Positions 38,830 to 47,451 are shown, counted from the stretch's first letter. The stretch: DNA of 64,000 nucleotides from Xanthobacteraceae bacterium (GCA_049288525.1 JBAQHW010000144.1:776-64775); one strand, 5' to 3'. A program made the numbers and translations. The notes: a model not told the origin generated them from the sequence alone.

Positions 38830-39329
38830 AAGAAATAAAAGAAGGAGATGGACCGCCGGCAGACGCACTGCGGTCATACGGACCGCGGGTGACCTGTACG
38901 CAAGCGGCGCACAGGGCGCGCCGCGGAGTAGGCGGCTTGCGCCGCCCTTTCCGCTATCGGGCGCGCTCGCCTGCCGGCGTTCCACTACGGCACTTGCGGC
39001 AGCGACCGAACGCCACCGCTCAGCTCCAGTTCACGCGCTTCCTGGGACGGGACTCGGTAGGGACGGGTGTTATCCGCCCCCTGCCGCCCCAGTGCAGCGG
39101 GTTTGACCCCGCAGACCGGTCATAATGCCGGCCGGGCGTTTTGGCCCAGAGCCGCCCGAGAACGGGGGTGACAGCCCCGCCCGCGGGAACCGTACTCGCC
39201 CCCCTCCACCGGCGTCACCCGGCAGTGTCCTTCCTGGGGCGAGATTTGATTCGCAGCCTTATGTATCTTAAATGGTGACATATGTCAAGTCGGTCCTCGA
39301 CAAGGAGACAAGCATTTCTTTGCAGCCGA

Positions 39330-39355
39330 TGATCCAGCGGCGGACGCGAAACGTA
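39330..39355 (+). promoter_or_regulatory. ECF sigma-E(ChrR-type)-like promoter TGATCC-N16-CGTA upstream of the DUF2177 gene
   Basis: TGATCC at 39330-39335, a 16-nt spacer, and CGTA at 39352-39355, 37 nt before ATG 39392. The architecture is the same as the two promoters at 43943-44008. Confidence 0.6.
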
Positions 39356-39391
39356 GCATTTGCCCATTGCGCAGCAGGGTTGAGGCCGCTC

Positions 39392-39793
39392 ATGACCTAT
39401 TTTGCCGCTTATATTTCGATTCTTGTCGTGTTCGGAGCCATCGATGCGGGATGGCTGCGGATCATGGGCCACGTCCTATATCGGCCGGTACTGGGCGATA
39501 TCCTGCTGCCGGATCTCCGGCTGGCGCCGGCAATCGCGTTCTATCTGCTCTACCCCATCGGTATATTGGTGTTCGCGGTCATTCCCGCTTTGCGCTCCGG
39601 ATCGGCTCTCAACGCGTGCTTGTACGCGGTTTTATTTGGAGCCCTGGCTTACGCCACCTATGATTTGACCAATTACGCGACTTTGCGGAACTGGACGCTA
39701 CAGATCACCATCATCGATATCTGCTACGGCGCGTTGGCCGCAGGCATCGCGGCGACGGCGGCATATTTTGTGGCCCACGCCTTTTCGCCCTGA
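39392..39793 (+). CDS. DUF2177-like integral membrane protein
   Basis: 133 aa, 4 TM (MTYFAAYISILVVFGAIDAGWLRIMG...). The track ORF start at 39272 was trimmed to the first ATG preceding the hydrophobic core. Confidence 0.65.
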   Translation: MTYFAAYISILVVFGAIDAGWLRIMGHVLYRPVLGDILLPDLRLAPAIAFYLLYPIGILVFAVIPALRSGSALNACLYAVLFGALAYATYDLTNYATLRNWTLQITIIDICYGALAAGIAATAAYFVAHAFSP

Positions 39794-40831
39794 TTAAGGC
39801 CGCGGCTGCGACGGCGTAAGGCGATAATGGCTCACGCCCCATTCCTCGCCGCCGGCGTGACCGAACAATCCCATCGTCGCCAGAAAGAACAGCCGCCAGC
39901 GGCGGCGCCAGAGCGCGCCGTCGCGGCCGTAGACGCGCTTAAGGACCGCATTCACTTCATCGGCATGGTCGTCAAACTTTTTCAGCCAATCTGCGGCCGT
40001 GCGTCGGTAATGCTCGCCGTTCCATCGCCATTCCGCGTCGACGGTGAAGCAATCCGGAAATTGCCGGATCAGTCCGTGGCTCGGCATTATGCCGCCGGTG
40101 AAATAATGCTGCGCGATCCAGTCTTCCTTGTCTTCTGCGCGGAAGCGATACGACGCACGCGCATTGCTGAAGACGTGGATGAACATGCGCCCGTCGGCTT
40201 CGAGACTATCGCGCATCCGGGAAAGCAGCGGTCGCCAGTTCGACATGTGCTCGAACATTTCGACCGACACCACGCGATCGAAGCGGCCACTCGGCATAAA
40301 CACATTCATATCGGCAGTAACGACTTCAAGATTAGTCAGGCCCTGAGCTTCGGCGACGCCCGTGATAAAGGCACGCTGCGAATGCGAATTCGACACCGAC
40401 ACGATCTTGGCGGCGCGATAGCGCCGCGCCATCCACAGCGATAGCGAACCCCAGCCGCAGCCGAGTTCGAGAATGCGCTGACCGTCGGCAAGGCCGGCAT
40501 GCGCGGCACTGACGGCGAGCGCGCGCTCCTCGGCTTCGATCAGCGATTCGATACCGTCATCGTAGAGACAGCACGAATATTTGCGCTGGGGCCCAAGCAC
40601 GAGCGCAAAGAAATTTTCGGGGATCTCATAATGCTGCGTATTAGCTGCATCCGTATTAATCGCGATCGGATAGTCCGCCATCCCCGCGGCGAATATGCCG
40701 TCGACATTTTGCGGCGCGACCCGCAGCCGACGCCGGGTCCGCCCGACGAGCCAATCGATCGCCGGCCGCGTTATCGCGTCGGGCCACGGGACGCCCTCGC
40801 CGATGCCGATCATGGATTGCAGAAGCGTCAT
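39794..40831 (-). CDS. Cyclopropane-fatty-acyl-phospholipid-synthase-like SAM-dependent methyltransferase
   Basis: HYEIPENFFALVLGPQRKYSCCLY and the SAM motif ILELGCGWGSL. The start ATG 40831 overlaps the upstream stop (ATGA). The track ORF start at 41131 was rejected. Confidence 0.88.
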   Translation of the reverse strand: MTLLQSMIGIGEGVPWPDAITRPAIDWLVGRTRRRLRVAPQNVDGIFAAGMADYPIAINTDAANTQHYEIPENFFALVLGPQRKYSCCLYDDGIESLIEAEERALAVSAAHAGLADGQRILELGCGWGSLSLWMARRYRAAKIVSVSNSHSQRAFITGVAEAQGLTNLEVVTADMNVFMPSGRFDRVVSVEMFEHMSNWRPLLSRMRDSLEADGRMFIHVFSNARASYRFRAEDKEDWIAQHYFTGGIMPSHGLIRQFPDCFTVDAEWRWNGEHYRRTAADWLKKFDDHADEVNAVLKRVYGRDGALWRRRWRLFFLATMGLFGHAGGEEWGVSHYRLTPSQPRP

Positions 40832-41670
40832 TTGCGGTCTCCAAACCCGCTCCACCAGGCCAGGCGCTGCGGCACCGGAAAAAATGCATTGGTGCGCGCC
40901 TGATAGGCACGAAACGCGCCGACCCGCCGTTCCAGCATATGCGCTTCGAGCGGCGGGATGCCGGAGACATGCACCAGCAGCCAGTACATGCAGAGCGGCC
41001 CTGCCAGCGCGATAAATCCCCACGGATAGCCGCCACCGAAAGCGATCGCGAACAGCGGATAGGCGAGCCAGCCGAACCATTCGAAGAAGTAATTCGGGTG
41101 CCGCGACCATGACCACAGTCCGGCGTCGCAAATCCGATCGCGGTTCTTTGGGTCGGAGCGAAAGTGCCGCAGCTGGAAATCGGCGGCGGCTTCGCCGCCG
41201 ATGCCGACCATCAGGACGACGACGCCGAGGAAATCTTGTGCACCAAGGCCCGGCGATGGATTAAACGCAGCGAGTGTCATTGCCAGCGCCAGCGGTATGC
41301 TGACCAATGCCTGTTTCTGCAACAGCCAGAACATTTGTCGCGACGCATTGTCCCCCCAGTCGCGAATGAGCTTGGCGTAGCGCGGATCGTCGATAATCCC
41401 GACCGTGCGCAGCGCGATATGAGCGCCAAGCCGCAGCGACCAGATCGCGATCAGCCAAGCCACCAGTGCCTGACGCTCCGTTATGCCGCCGAACAACAGC
41501 CATGGCGTCAACGCACCGCCACAGCCGACAACGCCGAGACCGAAAGTCCAGATCGTATCGACCCATCCGGAGTTTCGCGTGCCGCGCCAAACCAGCCAGG
41601 CTCCGGACATGATTGCCGAAAGCGCCGCGCTGACGGCAACAACGACGACTGCGAATTGTTGCGCCGTCAT
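40828..41670 (-). CDS. DUF1295 (steroid-5-alpha-reductase/ICMT-like) membrane protein
   Basis: The C-terminal motif GLWSWSRHPNYFFEWFGW is characteristic. About 6 TM. Confidence 0.8.
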   Translation of the reverse strand: MTAQQFAVVVVAVSAALSAIMSGAWLVWRGTRNSGWVDTIWTFGLGVVGCGGALTPWLLFGGITERQALVAWLIAIWSLRLGAHIALRTVGIIDDPRYAKLIRDWGDNASRQMFWLLQKQALVSIPLALAMTLAAFNPSPGLGAQDFLGVVVLMVGIGGEAAADFQLRHFRSDPKNRDRICDAGLWSWSRHPNYFFEWFGWLAYPLFAIAFGGGYPWGFIALAGPLCMYWLLVHVSGIPPLEAHMLERRVGAFRAYQARTNAFFPVPQRLAWWSGFGDRK

Positions 41671-42608
41671 GGCGTCACAGCCGCGGGCTGCGCCCGACCG
41701 CGGAGCGTTCCGGCCATGAAGCGGTCGGTATCCCGCAACGCCGGCGCGAGGAAGCGGAGCGGGCCGGCGAACGACCCAATGATGGTGAGGTGGCCGACGC
41801 GCGGATAGGTGGCCACATCGGCTTCGTCACCGGACGCGCGCAGGCGCGCCGCAAGGCGCATGGTATTGCCCGAGCCAACCACGTTGTCGTTCGTGCCCGT
41901 CATCAGGAGTGCCGGCGGCGCTCCGGGCGAGACATAAGAGATCGGCTGCGTCGTTGGCCGATTGGCGCCGCCGAATATCGCCTGCAGCATCGGATCGCGC
42001 AGCGGCAGGAAATCATACGGCCCGGAAACCCCGATCAGCCCGGCGAGATCGCGGTCCGGCACGAGGCCGACCTCCTTGAGCCAGCGGGGGTCGAGCGCAA
42101 GCATCGCCGCGATATAGGCGCCGGCCGAATGCCCCATGACAAAAAGCGCGGCGGAGTTGCCGCCGTAGCGCGCGGCGTTGTCACGAGTCCAGCGCATCGC
42201 GTGCGCGCCGTCCTCAAGAAAAGCGGGATAGCGAACCTCGGGGTAAAGCCGATAGTCCGGGACGACGGTCAGATAACCGCGCTGTGCCAGCGCCGCGCCG
42301 AGAAACGTGTAGAGCGCCTTGTCGCCGGTTTGCCACGAGCCGCCGTAAAAGAACACGACAACCGGCGCATCAGTGGCGCCAGCAGGCCGATAGAGGTCGA
42401 GCGTTCGCCGGGGTCCGTCACCGTAAGCAACCGAGCGCGTAATTTCGACGCCGGACGTGGAAACAAAGAAGTTCAAGACCGAGGCAGGAGAGCAGCCGGC
42501 AAGGAGCAAGCTCGCCAGCACGCCGGCGGCCCACGGCGAGCCATGCCGGCCGCCGCACCGTTTGGCGCTCGACCCGGTACCGGCCCGATACTCGCAAGCG
42601 CGCCCCAT
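41667..42608 (-). CDS. Alpha/beta-hydrolase (esterase/lipase) lipoprotein
   Basis: Lipobox LLLAGCS, oxyanion FFYGGSW and nucleophile elbow GHSAGA. It is a paralog of the gene at 53427..54257. Confidence 0.85.
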   Translation of the reverse strand: MGRACEYRAGTGSSAKRCGGRHGSPWAAGVLASLLLAGCSPASVLNFFVSTSGVEITRSVAYGDGPRRTLDLYRPAGATDAPVVVFFYGGSWQTGDKALYTFLGAALAQRGYLTVVPDYRLYPEVRYPAFLEDGAHAMRWTRDNAARYGGNSAALFVMGHSAGAYIAAMLALDPRWLKEVGLVPDRDLAGLIGVSGPYDFLPLRDPMLQAIFGGANRPTTQPISYVSPGAPPALLMTGTNDNVVGSGNTMRLAARLRASGDEADVATYPRVGHLTIIGSFAGPLRFLAPALRDTDRFMAGTLRGRAQPAAVTP

Positions 42609-42617
42609 CGCGGCCGC

Positions 42618-43262
42618 TCAGAGACGGACGAAAGGCTGTAGCAGCCGGCCGACCCAGCTCTGCAGCTCGATATTGCCCTGCAACGCCACCAGGCAAACGC
42701 AAGGCACGCCATCCTCGACGACCGGATTATGCTCGACCAGTTCGTCGGCCTCGTCGAAATCGCCGGCGCCGAAGCGGCCAAAATCGTGTCGGAAGGCACC
42801 CTCGAAAACGCAGGTCCATTCCGTTCCGCTATGCCGGTGACGCGGCAAACGCGTCCCCGCCGCTGCCTTCAACATGAAAACGCGGACGCCATCGTCCGAG
42901 GCGACGTCGACCGAACGCCACTGCACGTTGCAGCCGATCCAACGCCATGAACCCAATGTGTAGGGCGCCAGAGATGCCGGTAACGCACCGGCCTGTGCGC
43001 GCTGCGGGCGGGCACCTTGGCCGGCTTCCGACACTTGCGCGGACACTCGCGCTATGGCGCGCTCCAGCGCGCCGGTGGACATCTCCGCGGGTACAGCCGT
43101 CTCAAGCTGGACGCCGCCGACATTCTCGAATGACGACATCGCCTCCCGGCAATGCGGGCACAGCGACAGGTGCGCGGCAACCACCACCGCACGCGCCTCA
43201 TCAAGCGTGCCGGAGGCGAGCGCCGCCAATGTCAGATCGCTTGGATGATGCGTGATGGTCAT
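42618..43262 (-). CDS. chrR: ChrR-family anti-sigma-E factor (zinc anti-sigma domain plus cupin)
   Basis: HLSLCPHCR zinc motif, a C-terminal cupin (RHRHSGTEWTCVFEGAFRHDFGRFGAGDF) and a QPFVRL end, closely like the Rhodobacter ChrR pattern. Overlaps the sigma gene stop (ATGA-type, 43259-43262). Confidence 0.9.
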   Translation of the reverse strand: MTITHHPSDLTLAALASGTLDEARAVVVAAHLSLCPHCREAMSSFENVGGVQLETAVPAEMSTGALERAIARVSAQVSEAGQGARPQRAQAGALPASLAPYTLGSWRWIGCNVQWRSVDVASDDGVRVFMLKAAAGTRLPRHRHSGTEWTCVFEGAFRHDFGRFGAGDFDEADELVEHNPVVEDGVPCVCLVALQGNIELQSWVGRLLQPFVRL

Positions 43263-43828
43263 GTCGGCTCACCCAGAAGATTGTGCAAACGGGTCATCGC
43301 CAGACGCAGCCGCGATTTGACTGTACCCAGCGGCAGATCGAGAAGCTTGGCGATATCACCGTGGGCGCGGCCTTCGAAGAAGGAAAGCTGAACCACACGG
43401 ACTTGTTCCTCCGGCAGTTCGCGAAGTGCGTCGCGCAGGCGCTGATCGCGCTCCGCGACGTCGAGCGGAGCGTCGGGCCGCTCGGGCGCCTCGGTTTCGA
43501 TGGCCTCATAAAGCGCAAACAGCTTTGCCCGCTTGTCGCGGCGCAACCGGTCCACCCCCAGATTGCGGGCGATCGTGTAAATCCAGGCGGCTGGGCTGGC
43601 GCGCGCCGAATCGAATTGCCCGGCCTTTCGCCACACCATCAGCATCGTATCCTGCGCGATGTCCTCGGCCGCCTCAGCCGCAGCGCCGCGCCGAACCAGC
43701 ATGGCTTTGATGCGGCCGGCATAACATTCGAACAGCGAGGCGAACGCGTCCCGGTCCCCTTCGGTCGCAATCGCGCTGATCCATCGCGCCGGATCGGAAC
43801 CCGAAGCGCTTTCGCCTTTATCGTCCAT
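43259..43828 (-). CDS. rpoE: ECF sigma factor, sigma-E of the ChrR-linked group
   Basis: Region 2 (AEDIAQDTMLMVWRKAGQFD) and region 4 (EQVRVVQLSFFEGRAHGDIAKLLDLPLGTVKSRL). Start set at ATG 43828 (MDDKGES). The track start at 43996 would swallow the promoter. Confidence 0.9.
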   Translation of the reverse strand: MDDKGESASGSDPARWISAIATEGDRDAFASLFECYAGRIKAMLVRRGAAAEAAEDIAQDTMLMVWRKAGQFDSARASPAAWIYTIARNLGVDRLRRDKRAKLFALYEAIETEAPERPDAPLDVAERDQRLRDALRELPEEQVRVVQLSFFEGRAHGDIAKLLDLPLGTVKSRLRLAMTRLHNLLGEPT

Positions 43829-43942
43829 ACGCGCTCCGTGACGGACGCCATCCTGCCGGAACCAAAGCGGCCCGTGGCCGCCCGGTAACGGCCAGGGCGG
43901 CGTCGGCCATTGCCTCGCTATTTCGAGTTGCATGCCCGGGGA

Positions 43943-43968
43943 TACGACCGACGGCAGCATTTGGATCA
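43943..43968 (-). promoter_or_regulatory. Sigma-E-type autoregulatory promoter (TGATCC-N16-CGTA) for the rpoE-chrR operon
   Basis: On the minus strand, TGATCC is at 43968-43963, followed by a 16-nt spacer and CGTA at 43946-43943, ~115 nt upstream of ATG 43828. Confidence 0.65.
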
Positions 43969-43982
43969 GGCCGGCTGGCCGG

Positions 43983-44008
43983 TGATCCAACCCCAAAAAT
44001 CAATCGTA
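43983..44008 (+). promoter_or_regulatory. Sigma-E-type promoter (TGATCC-N16-CGTA) for the divergent FAD-oxidoreductase operon
   Basis: TGATCC at 43983-43988, a 16-nt spacer, and CGTA at 44005-44008, ~60 nt upstream of ATG 44070. Confidence 0.65.
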
Positions 44009-44069
44009 ACTTCGGCGTCATGCAAAAAGCGACCAATCGAACCGGCAAGCCTGCACGCGGAACGGGCGA

Positions 44070-45425
44070 ATGATGCAGCGCAACGCGGGCCGGCAAAAAG
44101 ACATTGCTGTTATCGGCACCGGGATTTCCGGCATGTCGGCGGCGTGGCTGCTCAGCCAAACCCACCGGGTCACCGTATACGAGAGCGACCGCCGTGTCGG
44201 CGGACATTCCAACACCGTTAATGTTGCGACGGCAAACGGACCGATTGCCGTCGATACTGGGTTTATTGTTTATAACGAATTGACCTACCCCAACCTGACC
44301 GCCTTATTCGATCACCTCGGCGTACCGACGCAATTGTCCGACATGTCGCTCGCAGTCTCTCTAGCCGGCGGCGAGCTTGAATATTCCGGCAGCCTGTCCG
44401 GCCTGTTCGCCGACAAGCGCAACCTGCTACGGCCGCGCTTCTGGTCGATGCTGCGCGGCCTGCAACGCTTCTACCGCGAGGCGCCACGCGATCTGGCGAT
44501 GCTCGAACAGATGCACACCACTCTGGGCGAGTATCTTGAGGCCGGCGCCTATGGCGCAGCCTTTCGCGACGATCATCTGCTGCCGATGGCGGCGGCGATC
44601 TGGTCGGCGCCGACCAGCAAGATTCTCAGCTATCCGGCAGCAGCCTTCATCCGCTTTCAGGACAGCCACGGTCTGCTCAAGCTGCGCAATCGGCCACCAT
44701 GGCGCACCGTTTTTGGCGGCAGCCGCGCTTATGTCGAGCGTCTGACGCAATCCTTCGCGGATCGAATCCGCCGTGCGACGGCCGTCACCGCCGTGCGCCG
44801 AAGCGACGACAAAATCGAAGTCCGCGACAGCTCCGGGGCAATCGAGACGTTCGATCACGCGGTCATTGCCAGCCACGCCGATCAAGCCTTGGCAATACTG
44901 GACGACCCGACGGCCGAGGAAAAACGGCTGCTTGGGGCGTTCCACTACTGCGGCAATGTCGCGGCGCTGCATTCCGACGTTACTCTGATGCCGAAACGAC
45001 GCGCGGTGTGGTCGAGCTGGAATCACATCGGCGGCCGCAACGACGGCGATAAATGCGCAACCGTCACCTATTGGATGAACTCCTTGCAGCGCATTCCGCA
45101 GGACACGCCGCTCTTCGTCACGCTCAATCCGCCGCGTGCGCCGCGCGTGGAGCACTACCGCGAGACTTATCACCACCCGCTATTCGATACCGCGGCGATT
45201 TCGGCGCAGCAGCGGCTATGGTCGCTGCAGGGCGTGCGCAACACGTGGTTCTGCGGCGCCTATTTCGGCGCCGGCTTTCATGAAGACGGACTGCAGGCCG
45301 GACTTGCCGTCGCCGAGGCGATCGGCGGTTGTCGCCGGCCATGGACCGTAGCGAACGAATCCGGCCGCATCGCCATCGGCCCCCTGCCCGCGCCGCAATT
45401 ACCGCAAACGGAGCTCGCGGCATGA
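44070..45425 (+). CDS. FAD-dependent oxidoreductase (amine-oxidase/phytoene-desaturase-like)
   Basis: N-terminal dinucleotide fold IAVIGTGISGMSAAWLL...VYESDRRVGGHSNT. 451 aa. Confidence 0.85.
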   Translation: MMQRNAGRQKDIAVIGTGISGMSAAWLLSQTHRVTVYESDRRVGGHSNTVNVATANGPIAVDTGFIVYNELTYPNLTALFDHLGVPTQLSDMSLAVSLAGGELEYSGSLSGLFADKRNLLRPRFWSMLRGLQRFYREAPRDLAMLEQMHTTLGEYLEAGAYGAAFRDDHLLPMAAAIWSAPTSKILSYPAAAFIRFQDSHGLLKLRNRPPWRTVFGGSRAYVERLTQSFADRIRRATAVTAVRRSDDKIEVRDSSGAIETFDHAVIASHADQALAILDDPTAEEKRLLGAFHYCGNVAALHSDVTLMPKRRAVWSSWNHIGGRNDGDKCATVTYWMNSLQRIPQDTPLFVTLNPPRAPRVEHYRETYHHPLFDTAAISAQQRLWSLQGVRNTWFCGAYFGAGFHEDGLQAGLAVAEAIGGCRRPWTVANESGRIAIGPLPAPQLPQTELAA

Positions 45426-46228
45426 GGCTTCGCGAAACTTTGAATTTCCGCTCTGCGTTATACGTCGGATCGGTGATCCACCGGCGGCTGCGGCCGCATG
45501 TGCACCGCCTGCGCTACCGAGTATTTTGGCTGCTGCTCGACCTTGACGAAATCGATCGCTTGAGCAAAAGCCTGCGGCTGTTTTCGCACAACCGATTCAA
45601 TGCCGTCAGTTTCCATGACGCAGATCATGGCGACGACAGCGGCCGCCCGTTGCGCGACCAGGTCGAGCAGCATCTTATCCAAGCCGGCATCGGCTGGAGC
45701 GGCGGCACGATCCGGCTCCTCTGCATGCCGCGAATTTTCGGTTACGGCTTCAACCCGCTGAGTGTCTACTTCTGCCATCACTGCGATGGCCAGCTCGCGG
45801 CCGTGCTCTACGAGGTCCACAATACATTCGGCGAACGCCACAGCTATTTGATAGCGGCCGGCCCCAACGCCGGGGCGGTGCTAGAACAGCAATGCCGCAA
45901 GGTATTTTACGTCTCGCCATTCATGGACATGGCTCTGACGTATCAGTTCCGTGTCGCCATTCCCGGCGAACGCGTCTCAGTCGCGATCAGGGCAGTTGCG
46001 GCGGATGGCGTGATGCTTGCCGCAGTACTAGCGGGACGCCGACAAGACATTTCGGACTTAAACTTGCTGCGACTGCTTGCCACTCATCCGCTGCTGACTT
46101 TGAAGGTCATTGCCGCGATTCACTGGCACGCGCTGCGGATGCTGCTGAAAGGCTATCGCTCGCGCGCCCGACCGGCTCCTCCGGCGCTGCCCGTCACCAG
46201 CGTGGACCTCGGGGGCCGATCGCCATGA
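45422..46228 (+). CDS. DUF1365 protein
   Basis: YVGSVIHRRLRPHVHRLRYRVFWLLLDLDEID...FHDADHG is the DUF1365 pattern. ATGA overlap with the upstream stop. Confidence 0.8.
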   Translation: MRLRETLNFRSALYVGSVIHRRLRPHVHRLRYRVFWLLLDLDEIDRLSKSLRLFSHNRFNAVSFHDADHGDDSGRPLRDQVEQHLIQAGIGWSGGTIRLLCMPRIFGYGFNPLSVYFCHHCDGQLAAVLYEVHNTFGERHSYLIAAGPNAGAVLEQQCRKVFYVSPFMDMALTYQFRVAIPGERVSVAIRAVAADGVMLAAVLAGRRQDISDLNLLRLLATHPLLTLKVIAAIHWHALRMLLKGYRSRARPAPPALPVTSVDLGGRSP

Positions 46229-47451
46229 GCTTTTCCAATCCCTCCTATCCATCGCACGACCGCGCCGGCAGAGCGCGGCGGCGGCCAAGCATGATTGGCC
46301 GGTTGCTCGACCGCTCGCTGCCGCACTTGCAAACCGGACGACTCGAAATCGCGTTGCCGAACATGGCTATTGTCGCGCGCCGCGGCGACGGCGCCGGACC
46401 GGAGGCAATACTAACGATGCGACGTTGGCGTGCGCTGTGGCGGTTGCTATCCGAGGGCGAGGACGGTTTCTGCAACGGCTATATCGACGGCGACTGGACC
46501 ACGCCGGACCTCGTGAAACTTCTCGATCTCGGCGCTGGCAACGAAAGCGCCCTCGCCCCGCAAACCAAGAAGTGGCTGCTCAGCTTCCTGCGCAACCGTA
46601 TAGGCCACGCGCTCCACGCCAATACGCGCCGCGGCAGCCGCCGTAACATCGCCGCGCACTACGATCTCGGCAACGATTTTTTCGGGCCGTGGCTCGACAG
46701 TGGCATGAATTATTCTGCGGCGCTCTACGCTGGTGACGAGACACTCGAGCAGGCGCAGGACCGGAAACTCGATCGGATCGGAGAGCTTCTGCGACTGCGC
46801 GGCGGCGAGACCATATTGGAGATCGGCTGCGGCTGGGGCGCGTTGGCTGAGAGGCTGATACGGCATCATGGCGCGTCGGTGCGCGGCATAACGCTATCGA
46901 CCGAGCAACTGCGTTACGCTACGGCGCGCTTAGCCGCTGAAATTCAAGATGGCCGCGCCGACATGCGGCTGCAGGACTACCGCGACGTCACCGGCCGCTT
47001 CGACCGCATCGCTTCGATCGAAATGGTCGAGGCGGTCGGCGAGCGTTATTGGCCGGTTTATTTCGCAAAACTCCGCGCCTGCCTCGCTACAGGCGGCATC
47101 GCGCTCTTGCAAGCCATCACCATCGACGACACGCGCTTCTCGCAATACCGCAAGCGTCCCGATTTCATCCAGCGCCACATTTTTCCCGGCGGCATGCTGC
47201 CGACAAGCGCGATCCTCGAACGCGAAGCGGCCCGCGCCGGGCTGAAGCTCACGCATCACCAATCGTTCGGCGCCAGCTACGAGCGGACCTTGCACGAATG
47301 GCGCCGCCGCTTCCTGCAGACGCGACCGAAGCTCGAAGCCTTGAAAGTAGACGCCCGTTTTCAGCGTCTGTGGGACTATTATCTGGCCTATTGCGAAGTC
47401 GGCTTTCGTCATCGCGTCGTCGATGTGGGCTTCTTTCAGTTTCACGGCTAA
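46225..47451 (+). CDS. Second CFA-synthase-like SAM-dependent methyltransferase
   Basis: IAAHYDLGNDFFGPWLDSGMNYSAALY and the SAM motif ILEIGCGWGALA, with C-terminal FQRLWDYYLAYCEVGF. ATGA overlap with the upstream stop. Confidence 0.88.
   Translation: MSFSNPSYPSHDRAGRARRRPSMIGRLLDRSLPHLQTGRLEIALPNMAIVARRGDGAGPEAILTMRRWRALWRLLSEGEDGFCNGYIDGDWTTPDLVKLLDLGAGNESALAPQTKKWLLSFLRNRIGHALHANTRRGSRRNIAAHYDLGNDFFGPWLDSGMNYSAALYAGDETLEQAQDRKLDRIGELLRLRGGETILEIGCGWGALAERLIRHHGASVRGITLSTEQLRYATARLAAEIQDGRADMRLQDYRDVTGRFDRIASIEMVEAVGERYWPVYFAKLRACLATGGIALLQAITIDDTRFSQYRKRPDFIQRHIFPGGMLPTSAILEREAARAGLKLTHHQSFGASYERTLHEWRRRFLQTRPKLEALKVDARFQRLWDYYLAYCEVGFRHRVVDVGFFQFHG

Noticed and set aside
38721-39125. 134-aa plus-strand ORF in the gap
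   Set aside because: It starts inside the REP palindrome; PGFAALNPGY is the typical REP read-through peptide. The rest is Arg/Pro/Gly-rich with no RBS or homology features.
38830-39330. Two-piece (permuted) tmRNA, RNase P RNA or cobalamin riboswitch in the structured gap
   Set aside because: tmRNA: a ...CUCCACC(G) followed by GGGGCGAGAUUUGAUUCGC looked tempting, but there is no T-arm, no proper acceptor pairing, and no ANDN...AA-stop tag ORF. RNase P: the GAGGAAAGUCCGGGC and ACAGAACCCGGCUUA blocks are absent. Cobalamin: there is only a partial B12-box-like match. No B12-related gene lies downstream, and a sigma-E promoter lies between it and the next gene.
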